Below, piece by piece: positions 17,789-26,855 of a stretch of 64,000 bases of DNA. The DNA is taken from NCBI GenBank assembly GCA_016198745.1, contig JACQHZ010000291.1, positions 819 through 64,818 on the forward strand, given 5' to 3'. Each line of letters begins with the position of its first letter. Within the stretch, counting starts at the first letter, position 1. A program made the translations under genes and the position numbers. The notes beneath the pieces were generated by a model. That model made no database searches. It worked only from the letters and a program-made list of their open reading frames with translations, and was not told the origin of the DNA. Source of the stretch: Verrucomicrobiota bacterium (GTDB lineage Bacteria > Verrucomicrobiota > Verrucomicrobiia > JABWAM01).

Positions 17789-20455
17789 TCATGGGCCGCT
17801 CTTGAACGAAGCCGACCAGACGAAGCTCGAATGGGGATTGTTTTCATTGGGTCGGGGCGCATCCACGGTCCAGCCCCGCGCGCACGCGACCGGTTGTGAG
17901 GCGGGCGAATGGAGCACGCCTCGCGGCGCGCCACGGCCTGGGGCGATCTCGACATCCGCGGGAAGCGTCATTTCGAGTTTGCGCGCGCCGGTCGAGATCG
18001 AGCGCGCACCAAGCAGGATGATTTTCCCCGCCTGATCGTCGCGCAAGACCGCCTCGGCGAGACACTCGCCATCGTCCCAACGAAAGAGTTGATTATGGGT
18101 GAGATGGAGACGGGCGGACTGCGGGAGCGTGACACAGCCTTCCCTATAAGTCACACCGGTCGCGTCGGCGCTGAGCGCGAACACCAACCGTCCATGGGTT
18201 ACACGCCCGGCCATCTCCAGTCGCCAGCGGCGGTAGCGCGGGAATTTTGCGTCGCGGAAGTTCTCCCTTCCCGTGAAGTTGAGACCATACGCATAGGACG
18301 GGAACCAATACGGCTCTCGCACGCTCACGCGGGACGCGTGCGACGAATCCAAGACCGTGGCGAAAATCTCGCCCTGCTCGTCGTCACTGAGTCCTTTGCT
18401 GCCGCCCTTTGTTCCCGCGATAAGATTGGCTTGTCCGCCGGTGAGCCGGTAACTCGTGTCGCTGATCTTGCTGACCGAGCTGGAGCAATGCAGATGCGTG
18501 GCGAATCGGAGCGGCCTGGTTCCCTCAAAGGAATCGATCAGCACGATGGCGCCCGTGCGGTAATCCATCAGGAAAATCCGGTCCGCTTCCTTGACCCCGT
18601 GTTTTGGATGCAATGCCGCTGTGATCACCGCGTGCGCGTAAATGAAGCGATCATTGATGAAACAGCGGCGGATGTGCGCGCTGACTTCGGGGCCGGTATC
18701 CCCGCAGAGCCACTGACCTTGGACGCGCGCGCCGCCGTCCTCAAAACACATTGTGTTCAACAGCGAACTGTCAAGCGCGTAACCGCCGATGTTGATCAGC
18801 ACGGGCGATCCGTCAACCGATACATCGATCTGCGCCAGGGACATGCCGAGTTCGCGATTGTGCGGCATCAGGCTGAAGCTGACGCACCTGCCCGCCTTGA
18901 GGCCCGCGCTGAATTGGCAGCCGATCGTCTTCTTCCCGCGTGAAACGCACACGATCTCGCCCGTGTCGCGCGCGAAGCGCGGACTGGAAGGAAACGCGGC
19001 GGGCGGATGCGATTCCGCGGGCGCATAAAGCAGGTCGTACAACGTGGGCAGCAGATCGCCCGCCGCCTTGCGTTCCCGCTCGACAAAGGCTTGGTGGATG
19101 GACTCGATCCGCCGGGTCGGGTGAAAGCGGCAGAGAAACGCGGTGAGATAGCGGTGCTCATGGGTTCGCAGTCCGCGACCGATTTCCTGCGCGTTCGGCG
19201 TTTCGAAGCAGGCCAGCAATGCCTGGCCAAGGTTGTCGAGAAAAGGACTCCGGCTGAGTTCAGGGCGTTTTCCGGCGAAGGTGTGCGCAGCCGCGAGGTA
19301 GCGCGCCAGGTGCATCGGGTAATACGTCGCCCAGTTGGTCTTGCCGCCGGGCGGGAAAAGCCGAAAGCTGTCCTTGAAAAGCCCGTGGAAAAACGGCAGC
19401 GCCTTTCGCGCGCTGTCCAGATCGTCGTAGAAGCACATGCACGCCACGCCCACGCCCGCCCACGTGCCGAGCGCGTGCGCGTCGGGCGTCGGGCAGCCCA
19501 TGTACGCGCGCTGCAGCACGGTGAAATCGTAAATCTTGCGCAGATATTCGTCCGCCTTGGCCAAGATGATGCGACGTTCCTGCTGGTTGAACAGGTCGAA
19601 GGCGTATTCACGCGCGATACCCGTGTAGTACAGCGCGCTGCCAATGTCGCGGTCATTATCGCCTCCCATCAACAGGGGATCGGGTCGCGAGCTCCAGGTC
19701 GGGCGCCGGCACAGCGTCAAAATAGAATCCTTGAGCTTCCGTCCGATGGATTTCTCCTTGATGATCAAGTACACCAGAGCGGCGAGGTCGAGGTTGCACT
19801 GCTGCTTGAAAGGGAGATTTTCACTCGTGAGTTTCTCGATTGTCGTTCGGAACATGGGTTGCGACGGCAAATGCTTGCGAAGCCGCTTCAGGTCACTTGC
19901 CCCGATGTACACCCGGGGGCGCTGATGGCTTCTGGGCCGCAACTCACAGAGCAGGCGGTCGTCACGACGCAGTTCGATGTAGCGAACGTCTCTCCAGCGA
20001 ATGCGTCCATGGTCGTGTTCGACGAATTCGAGCACGAGTTCCGTTTCCTCCCCTTCCGCTTCGAACCCAAAATCCGCCCACAACCGATTTTCCGCGATCT
20101 GCTCCGGTCCGGGCATCGCAAACCACAGCCCGCCTTTCAAACGGCCGTTCACGAATGTTTTGGCCATGGGCATCGCCATGACATTTTGGAAATGATCGAG
20201 GTCCCACGGTCCAGTGAGCAGTTTCTTGCCATCGGGCACACGCACCATGAGCATCATCGCAGTTTTCATGTCGAACCTGCCCACCCTCGTTTCCAGCTTG
20301 CAGCGATAGAGACCCGCAGGCAGGCGAGCCCGTATTGTGAAGCGGTGGTCGTCCACGCGGATATCGCTTATGACACCGCACACGTCGCGCCATTCGCAGG
20401 GGTTGAAGCGGTTCGGCGCGGGTTGCAAATAGGCGATCAGGTCGTCATTCAACAT
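17789..20455 (-). CDS. Large alpha/alpha-toroid protein, heparinase II/III- or alginate-lyase-like (putative polysaccharide lyase)
   Basis: The ORF table gives 17789..20623; the start MLNDDLIAYL at 20455 is preferred because the upstream 56 codons are Arg/Pro-rich junk. It is the last gene of the 11-gene minus-strand operon. Family assignment is by overall pattern only. Confidence 0.4.
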   Translation of the reverse strand: MLNDDLIAYLQPAPNRFNPCEWRDVCGVISDIRVDDHRFTIRARLPAGLYRCKLETRVGRFDMKTAMMLMVRVPDGKKLLTGPWDLDHFQNVMAMPMAKTFVNGRLKGGLWFAMPGPEQIAENRLWADFGFEAEGEETELVLEFVEHDHGRIRWRDVRYIELRRDDRLLCELRPRSHQRPRVYIGASDLKRLRKHLPSQPMFRTTIEKLTSENLPFKQQCNLDLAALVYLIIKEKSIGRKLKDSILTLCRRPTWSSRPDPLLMGGDNDRDIGSALYYTGIAREYAFDLFNQQERRIILAKADEYLRKIYDFTVLQRAYMGCPTPDAHALGTWAGVGVACMCFYDDLDSARKALPFFHGLFKDSFRLFPPGGKTNWATYYPMHLARYLAAAHTFAGKRPELSRSPFLDNLGQALLACFETPNAQEIGRGLRTHEHRYLTAFLCRFHPTRRIESIHQAFVERERKAAGDLLPTLYDLLYAPAESHPPAAFPSSPRFARDTGEIVCVSRGKKTIGCQFSAGLKAGRCVSFSLMPHNRELGMSLAQIDVSVDGSPVLINIGGYALDSSLLNTMCFEDGGARVQGQWLCGDTGPEVSAHIRRCFINDRFIYAHAVITAALHPKHGVKEADRIFLMDYRTGAIVLIDSFEGTRPLRFATHLHCSSSVSKISDTSYRLTGGQANLIAGTKGGSKGLSDDEQGEIFATVLDSSHASRVSVREPYWFPSYAYGLNFTGRENFRDAKFPRYRRWRLEMAGRVTHGRLVFALSADATGVTYREGCVTLPQSARLHLTHNQLFRWDDGECLAEAVLRDDQAGKIILLGARSISTGARKLEMTLPADVEIAPGRGAPRGVLHSPASQPVACARGWTVDAPRPNENNPHSSFVWSASFKSGP

Positions 20456-20472
20456 CTTGAGTTCTCCTCGGC

Positions 20473-23178
20473 TCACAGGACTTCGAACCCGTACACCGCC
20501 AGCCGCCGCGTCGCGGTAACCCCCGCCAGGAAACACGTTTGCGGGCCGCCAAGCATCGGCATTTCGGGGTTGGCAAATTTGTGTTCGGGATCGAAGCCCG
20601 ATTCGAGGCCGATTTGAAAGCAATGCCTGCTGTCGGGCAGTCCCGCCGCCAGCAGCCGTCGCTGCATGATTCGTCGAGGATAGTACAGCCGCAGGCGCTG
20701 CGGAGGTTGTTCGTCGATCCGTACGATCGCAGTTCCAGCATGGGGCGAGGTTTCGATCAGCGCCACCAAGCCATCGCCCTGAAACTCACCGCAGATCGCC
20801 GCGCCCGTTTGCGTCGTCACCGCAAGTCGGTCGTTCGCCTCCTGCCAGCGCCCGTTCCGTTGAAGCGACGGATGATCGACGCTCAAGAAGGACCTGATCC
20901 GACGGGCATATCCCTTGATCGTTCGGTAGGAATAGCCGCGCAGGTAACAGCCGTTCCGACTGGCGCCGTTGTCGGACGATCTTACCCCCAAGAGGTCGTA
21001 GGTGAGGTAAGCCTGCCCGGCGCATTCATCAACCAGCAGGCCGTTATTCATGCTCGAATAGCCGTACCAACCGAAGTGGGCAGCCATTTCATGAATCCGG
21101 TCATCCTCAACGCAGACCTGCGTTTCAAACGACTCCCCGTTGTCGCAACTCACCGCCAGGATGATTCCGGGGCGGCCGATGGTTAAAAACAACGTCCCAT
21201 CCCGCAGAGTCCGAAGTTGCGGAGCAACTCCGCAAAGACCTGTTCGTTCAGGCGGACTCCAGGTGCGTCCGTTGTCGTCCGAAACACTCTTCATCAACGC
21301 CTGATTGAACCCTCCCGTTCGCGCTACCATCAATATCCGACCATTCGCGAGCTGGACTGCCGCCGCTTCGCAATAACCTTCTTCTCGAAGCCCGTCGTCG
21401 CGCATCGGCACAGCCACAGCGCGCCAGCGACGGAGATCGTCGCTGGCCAACACAAGCATTGAAGATCGCTCGTCGCCGGGAAGGATGCCATCCGCGAACA
21501 ACAAATAGCCGCCATCCTTAAGCGCCAGCAGTTGGTCGAGCGCCAACGGCATTCGCCCGCCGTTGTAACCGGCCATATCCACACGCGCCTGAACCAGTTC
21601 CTCATGTTGGTCTGTAGCGGTGAGCCGCAGGGTGAACGAGTCGGGGCATGCCTGTTCTCGGGGCATAATCCGACCATCGGGCAGCGCGTTTGTCACGTGC
21701 GGGAAAGAACACCAGCGTCCATCCGGGAGTTTAACGGCAGGGCGACCGTGGCCGGGTTCGACGGGTCGGTGGTTCTTCCACGTCCGCCCGTCGTCATCGC
21801 TTTCCGCCTGATGACGCGACGGGCGGGCGCGTTCGTTCACGCCGGGCAGGTGATCCGGTCTGCACACGTACTTGACGATCAATTTGCCGCTTTCTTTGCT
21901 GAGGACGTTGGGAAACCAGCAGTAGCTCGGCGCCGAGATGATTTCGTGGCGCGGCCCTGGTTCGAGAAACACGACGTTCGCGGGCGGTTCATACTGACCT
22001 GGCAAGGGACACGTGGACTCCATCGCCAGCAACACATCTTCCGCCGTAAAACGCCCCGGCGTCAACCGCCAGCTTCTCAACCATCCGTCCAGTTCTGCTG
22101 CGACATTCGGGTCGGCGAGCATTCCGCCCAGGGCGCAGCCGCCAACGACCATTGTCTCCCCGACCCGCAGCGGGTCCAACGCGTGAGCTTTGACCTGCTG
22201 CACGCAAGCATGGGATTGTCCGTTCCAGTAAATCGTCGCCGCTCCGTCCTCGTCCCAAACGGCCGCCGCATGATGCCAGGAGTGGGAGCGAAAGCCCTGC
22301 CCAAGGCACCACTCCCAGTAATACATCCACGGACACGGTTTTTCGCCGGCGTGAAGAAGAGGCTCCTGATTTTCCGCGCCGAAACTGAAGTACCCGTGTG
22401 CCATGTCGAAGAAGATATGGTTCGGGTGCGCCGCTTCCCACGCCGGCTGAAACCAGAAATCAATCATCCCGGATTTCGGAATCGAGCCGCGCGGAACGCG
22501 GACTTCGAGGCGATCGCGATCTCGCGCTTCGCCTCCGGGCACCCAGCTTCCCGGACACGGGAACAGCACGGACCGCCGGGCCGTTCGATAGGTTGTGACA
22601 AACGGCTCAAGCATCAGGCCATCCACGAACATCTCACCTTCTTCGACAATGACCGCCGCTTCGAGAGATCGCTTGGCCATCGGACCATCCAGCGCCACAC
22701 ACCAGCGTTGCCGGCGATCCACGACCATGAAGCCACGCTGAACTTCCAGGCTGTTGAGACCATCACGCAGTCTCAGCGACACCTTGCCGTGGCCGCGAAC
22801 ATGAGCCGAAAGTTGATAGATGACGCCGACGAAGGTCGTGCCTTCGTCCGATAGTTCGCCGAGCGAATCCCGGTGCAGCAAAGGCAGCGGCAAGATCGCA
22901 GGGCGATGGGAAGCGCGGATCAAAAGGCCGCGCCCCTTCTGGAACTCCAGGCCGTCGATCCTTGCCCAATCCTCGGGGACTCCCTGGAACGGCGCAAACT
23001 CTCGTGGCAACAGATTGCGCGTTTGTCGTCCAAGAAACAGGGCGGGTCCCGCCTTGGTGTTTTCGATGTGGGGAACGTTCGGGCCGGCGACACGGACGAA
23101 GTCGCTGCTCCACGAACTGCTGTTGCGCTGGAAGCGGCAAGGGCCGGAAAGGCCGGTGATAAACTTTTCCAGATTCAT
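20473..23178 (-). CDS. LamG (concanavalin-A-like) domain plus BNR/Asp-box sialidase-like propeller protein
   Basis: Start MNLEKFITGL at 23178 overlaps the sulfatase stop. Asp-boxes are SDDDGRTW, SDDNGRTW and SCDNGESF. The N-terminal 250 aa have a LamG-like beta-sandwich pattern. Confidence 0.6.
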   Translation of the reverse strand: MNLEKFITGLSGPCRFQRNSSSWSSDFVRVAGPNVPHIENTKAGPALFLGRQTRNLLPREFAPFQGVPEDWARIDGLEFQKGRGLLIRASHRPAILPLPLLHRDSLGELSDEGTTFVGVIYQLSAHVRGHGKVSLRLRDGLNSLEVQRGFMVVDRRQRWCVALDGPMAKRSLEAAVIVEEGEMFVDGLMLEPFVTTYRTARRSVLFPCPGSWVPGGEARDRDRLEVRVPRGSIPKSGMIDFWFQPAWEAAHPNHIFFDMAHGYFSFGAENQEPLLHAGEKPCPWMYYWEWCLGQGFRSHSWHHAAAVWDEDGAATIYWNGQSHACVQQVKAHALDPLRVGETMVVGGCALGGMLADPNVAAELDGWLRSWRLTPGRFTAEDVLLAMESTCPLPGQYEPPANVVFLEPGPRHEIISAPSYCWFPNVLSKESGKLIVKYVCRPDHLPGVNERARPSRHQAESDDDGRTWKNHRPVEPGHGRPAVKLPDGRWCSFPHVTNALPDGRIMPREQACPDSFTLRLTATDQHEELVQARVDMAGYNGGRMPLALDQLLALKDGGYLLFADGILPGDERSSMLVLASDDLRRWRAVAVPMRDDGLREEGYCEAAAVQLANGRILMVARTGGFNQALMKSVSDDNGRTWSPPERTGLCGVAPQLRTLRDGTLFLTIGRPGIILAVSCDNGESFETQVCVEDDRIHEMAAHFGWYGYSSMNNGLLVDECAGQAYLTYDLLGVRSSDNGASRNGCYLRGYSYRTIKGYARRIRSFLSVDHPSLQRNGRWQEANDRLAVTTQTGAAICGEFQGDGLVALIETSPHAGTAIVRIDEQPPQRLRLYYPRRIMQRRLLAAGLPDSRHCFQIGLESGFDPEHKFANPEMPMLGGPQTCFLAGVTATRRLAVYGFEVL

Positions 23179-24551
23179 CTTGCGTGTCCGTATGTTGATC
23201 GCAGCCAGGTCTCCAGCTTGTCGCGGAGCAGCCTGGCCTGGAGCGGTGGTTCCTTTACACCAAAGCACAGGTTGTTCAACTCGTGCGGATCGGCGGCTAA
23301 ATCATACAAGGTGTCGAACCGTTGCTCGGGCCAGCGCGTATAAGCCCAGCGCACGTCGCGGTAGCGCCATTTGTTCGGCTCCGCAAACATGAACGCCTCG
23401 CGTCTTGGCGGGCGGGCGCCTTTGATCGGATCGAGCAAATTGAATCCCTGACAGTGGCGTGGCACGGGCGCCCCGGCTGCCGAAAGAATCGTTGGCATGA
23501 GGTCCACGTTTGTTGAAAACTCCGCGCAAGTGCCGCTCGGCACTTGCCCGGGCCAACGGATCAAGAGCGGCACCTTCATGTCGGCGTCACACGGCAGATA
23601 GGCTTTCCACAGGAGATCATGATCCCCGAGATAATCTCCGTGGTCGGAAGTAAAGATCACCAGAGTGTTTTCCGCCACCTCTTGCCGCTCCAGGAGCTTG
23701 AGCACACGACCGACCCATTCGTCGATCAAGGTCACGTTGCCGTAGTACAAAGCTCGAATCCGACGGATCTCAGCGTCGGGAATGCCCCACAAATTCAACT
23801 TTTCGATGCCGAACGCCGTCGTTTCCTCGCGCACGATCGGGGGAACTCGATCCAGTTCACCATCGGCCCGCCGCGGCGGCGGGACCTTTACGGGATCATA
23901 CATCGAGGCATACGGCTCGGGCGGATCATAGGGATCATGCGGACCGCAGAAGGAAACCCAGGCAAAGAACGGCCTTGACGCAAGCCTGCGTTCAGCGATC
24001 AATGTCTCCAACATCTCGATGCTTCGCTGTCCCACAAAGCCGTCAATATGATCTTCCGGGTTCAGCGGGCTGACCATCGCCTTGTTGGCTTTGCCGAAAC
24101 CGGGAGTTTGGTGGCCGATCACACGCCCTTGCAGGTCGTGGTCTCTGATGTGCGCTTGATACTCATCGGGTTCCTCCGCGTACTTGCCTTCGATGATAAC
24201 CCGTCGCTGAAAGCCACAGAGCGCATCCCACGGGACGAAATGCATTTTCCCGATGCCGACCGTGCGATAGCCGTGGGCGGACAGCAGGCCGGGCAACGTT
24301 GGCAAGCTCGATGGAACCCACCGGCCGGCCCCGCTTTGCATGACGCCGTGGATCGTCGGGTAAACGCCGGTGAGAATGCACGCGCGCGATGGCTGACAAG
24401 CCGCGGCGGCGCAATAGCTGTGAACGAAACGAACCCCTTCCGCCGCCAGCCGATCCAGGTTGGGAGTTAAGATCGAAGGATTGTCGTTCGCTCCGACCGC
24501 ATCCCAGCGTTGCTGATCGGTTGTGATGAGCAGGATGTTGGGCGAATTCAT
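23175..24551 (-). CDS. Sulfatase (S1 family, formylglycine-dependent)
   Basis: Contains ILLITTDQQRWDAVG and the CQPSRACILTG formylglycine motif (C-x-P-S-R), plus GKMHF and the C-terminal sulfatase pattern. 458 aa. Confidence 0.9.
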   Translation of the reverse strand: MNSPNILLITTDQQRWDAVGANDNPSILTPNLDRLAAEGVRFVHSYCAAAACQPSRACILTGVYPTIHGVMQSGAGRWVPSSLPTLPGLLSAHGYRTVGIGKMHFVPWDALCGFQRRVIIEGKYAEEPDEYQAHIRDHDLQGRVIGHQTPGFGKANKAMVSPLNPEDHIDGFVGQRSIEMLETLIAERRLASRPFFAWVSFCGPHDPYDPPEPYASMYDPVKVPPPRRADGELDRVPPIVREETTAFGIEKLNLWGIPDAEIRRIRALYYGNVTLIDEWVGRVLKLLERQEVAENTLVIFTSDHGDYLGDHDLLWKAYLPCDADMKVPLLIRWPGQVPSGTCAEFSTNVDLMPTILSAAGAPVPRHCQGFNLLDPIKGARPPRREAFMFAEPNKWRYRDVRWAYTRWPEQRFDTLYDLAADPHELNNLCFGVKEPPLQARLLRDKLETWLRSTYGHAR

Positions 24552-24699
24552 GGTTCAAAGAATCGCTGCATGTCCACAATCAGCAGCGCGGACGACTCAG
24601 GGCAAAAACGTCGCACCCGACAATTCCATGCCGCAATTACCCTCAGCCATTCTTCCGTTTTCTTCATCAACGATTCGGCGGTAAAATAGGCTTCTCGTT

Positions 24700-26100
24700 T
24701 CATGCCGGTAGTTTGTTGATCAGGTCCAATGCCTGTTGTGTCAAGTGCTCCCCGGCGCCCAACGCATAGGGCAACGGACGCGCGCCCGGCGCCAGTTTGG
24801 CGTAGCGCTGCGCGGTGTACATTTCGTAGCCGCCATGCCGGCGGCTCTCATCCAAGCCGATATAACCATCGGATCCGTTGCTCATCGCCATGAGCAGGGT
24901 CTCGCGCAAGGGGCTTCGCGCGGCCAGGGTCAGGCCAAATTCCGTGAAAGGCTCTCCGGAATAAAAAACCAAGCCCAGATCATCAATCACCCAAACGTTG
25001 ACCTCGGAAGGCCAGGTCGCGGGGAACTTCCGCCCCGCTTGGATCGCTTCCCTCATCCGTTGCGCCCACTCCGCAAGCGGGCGGACGCTGCCTTTCTTGT
25101 CTTCCACCGACCAATCCTTCTTGCAATTAAAGCCGAGCACCCATTCGAGGCTTGGGTCTTTGTCGAGCGCGGCAATGAACGCCTCGACTTCTGCGATCTC
25201 CCTCTCCAAGAGTTCGACGGGAGGCGGCGGATCAAGGGGAAGCTCGATTGTTCGCGAGCCCGTCACAAACCGGCGCGGCCCGGCGGTCTGGATGCCTTTA
25301 AACACCTGCGCTGCTGCATTGGCGAGGTTGAGGCCGAGATCCTTGGAGTCCTTTTCCATGCCGAACATCGGAATGCAATTCACATCGCCGCACGCTCCCA
25401 GTCCGAACAGGACCGGAGCGCCCGTCGCGACGGTTTCGCTGACTCGCTCGGTCATGTAACCGGGATATTCGCCCGAGAGCGGCGCATTGAAGATCACACA
25501 AGCTGGATGGGCCGCGAATCGAATCCAGCCGGCGATCGGTTTGCCGTTTTGATCGTCAATGCGGATCACGTTCAACCGCGGGTCGATCGGCCGTCCCGCC
25601 GCCAATCCTTCGCGAAAGTCGCGGGTGAACTTCACGCCACCGTTCGGCAAGCGGACCTGGGTGTTGAACGAGGCGCCCGCGATGTACGTGATCCCTTGCC
25701 CAAACCGGGCGGGCCGCCGTGCATCCCAAGCGGTCAGCGCCGCCTCCAGGGAGCGCGACTTGATGAAGTCGAACAACGGATGTTCGCCGGCGAGAGGCTC
25801 GAGAAATGGCGTCGAATGACTGTGGGTGGCCGAGATGATGATCTCTTCGGGACGAAGAGCGGTGTGTTGGCTAATCGCTTGTCGAAGCTCGACGCAGTGT
25901 TCCGCCGGTATGAAGACCAGATCGAGCGCCACCATCAGCGCTCGCCTTGAACCGGACGACAACGCCAGCGCTTTCGCCTGCAGACGGGAACCTGGCGCCC
26001 CCCACTGAACCCTCATATTGGAGTGCAACCCAGGATTGATCATCTCGGGCGACAAGGTAAGGTCACGCGCTGACGCACCGGCATGAAACGATCCATTCAT
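24700..26100 (-). CDS. Neutral/alkaline ceramidase-like hydrolase (low-confidence family call)
   Basis: The ORF table extends to 26745, but the upstream 215 codons are Arg/Gly-rich junk that overlaps the MFS gene. The start MNGSFHAGASARDL at 26100 is chosen. Motif IISATHSHSTP resembles the neutral ceramidase N-terminal domain. Confidence 0.4.
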   Translation of the reverse strand: MNGSFHAGASARDLTLSPEMINPGLHSNMRVQWGAPGSRLQAKALALSSGSRRALMVALDLVFIPAEHCVELRQAISQHTALRPEEIIISATHSHSTPFLEPLAGEHPLFDFIKSRSLEAALTAWDARRPARFGQGITYIAGASFNTQVRLPNGGVKFTRDFREGLAAGRPIDPRLNVIRIDDQNGKPIAGWIRFAAHPACVIFNAPLSGEYPGYMTERVSETVATGAPVLFGLGACGDVNCIPMFGMEKDSKDLGLNLANAAAQVFKGIQTAGPRRFVTGSRTIELPLDPPPPVELLEREIAEVEAFIAALDKDPSLEWVLGFNCKKDWSVEDKKGSVRPLAEWAQRMREAIQAGRKFPATWPSEVNVWVIDDLGLVFYSGEPFTEFGLTLAARSPLRETLLMAMSNGSDGYIGLDESRRHGGYEMYTAQRYAKLAPGARPLPYALGAGEHLTQQALDLINKLPA

Positions 26101-26855
26101 GAACGCCTTTCGGAAATCGCGGGGTGGTTTTCCCCCATCAAGCGGCTGGACAACCGCCGCAGCAGGGAAAGTTCGACGATCAAAGCGAACGCGCCAGCCA
26201 CGGCCAGCGATTCCTTCACTCCCAGGATCCGGGCCATCAGTCCGGCGCTGGCTTCGCCGAGAATGTTCCCGACCAGCATGGTGGCCATCAGTCGGCCGAC
26301 TTGCGGGACCACGTGATCCACGGAGGTATGTTGTGCGGCCATCTGGATCAGGCTCGGGAAGAACAAGCCGTGACCCGTCCCAAACAGCAAACCGATCATG
26401 GCGAACTCGCCGGGTTGCGACGCGAACGCAAGCGCCAGGGCGCCGAACGGCACCAAGCAACCCGTCGCCACCAGCCCAACCCCCGGCAAAAGATGCCTCA
26501 ATCGCGTTTCCAAGAAGGCGCGCGACAAAAATGCGCTGGCGCCATACCAGCCGGTTAAGGTACAACCGCGACAACCAATCCTTCCAATGGCGCGGCCCCC
26601 GGTCGCCGTCCCCGCAAGAAAAGCGAAACTGAAAGCCGCCATGATCCACCCATGCCACGCGAGGTCGAGTCCCTCGCGTTGAAACAAGCGTGGCAAAAGG
26701 AGCATGAGACTCATGGATCCGCCGATCAGAATCTGGCCAATCCATACGACCATCATCCCCGACCGCTTTTCGTCACCGGGGTTCATGACGGTGTTGTTCC
26801 TTTCACCGGCCGCCCGCCCTCGCGTTTCGGAGGAAATTGAAGATGCCATGAACAA
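26097..26855 (-). CDS. MFS transporter, half-length (6-TM, 252 aa); possible split or decayed gene
   Basis: Hydrophobic segments throughout with an MFS-like pattern. It overlaps both neighbours, by 72 nt with the upstream gene and by 4 nt with the downstream gene. Confidence 0.5.
   Translation of the reverse strand: MFMASSISSETRGRAAGERNNTVMNPGDEKRSGMMVVWIGQILIGGSMSLMLLLPRLFQREGLDLAWHGWIMAAFSFAFLAGTATGGRAIGRIGCRGCTLTGWYGASAFLSRAFLETRLRHLLPGVGLVATGCLVPFGALALAFASQPGEFAMIGLLFGTGHGLFFPSLIQMAAQHTSVDHVVPQVGRLMATMLVGNILGEASAGLMARILGVKESLAVAGAFALIVELSLLRRLSSRLMGENHPAISERRS

Noticed and set aside
17789-20623. Long N-terminal extensions of several minus-strand genes (17789..20623, 20473..23268, 27916..29415, 32036..35338, 51461..55945, 56396..59731).
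   Set aside because: The extensions are junk-like and overlap the 3' ends of upstream genes. Internal Met codons directly followed by signal peptides or family-conserved N-termini were preferred.
24700-26745. Full 681-aa version of the ceramidase-like ORF.
   Set aside because: The upstream 215 codons are low-complexity Arg/Gly-rich and lie entirely within the MFS gene on another frame. The internal start at 26100 is used instead.
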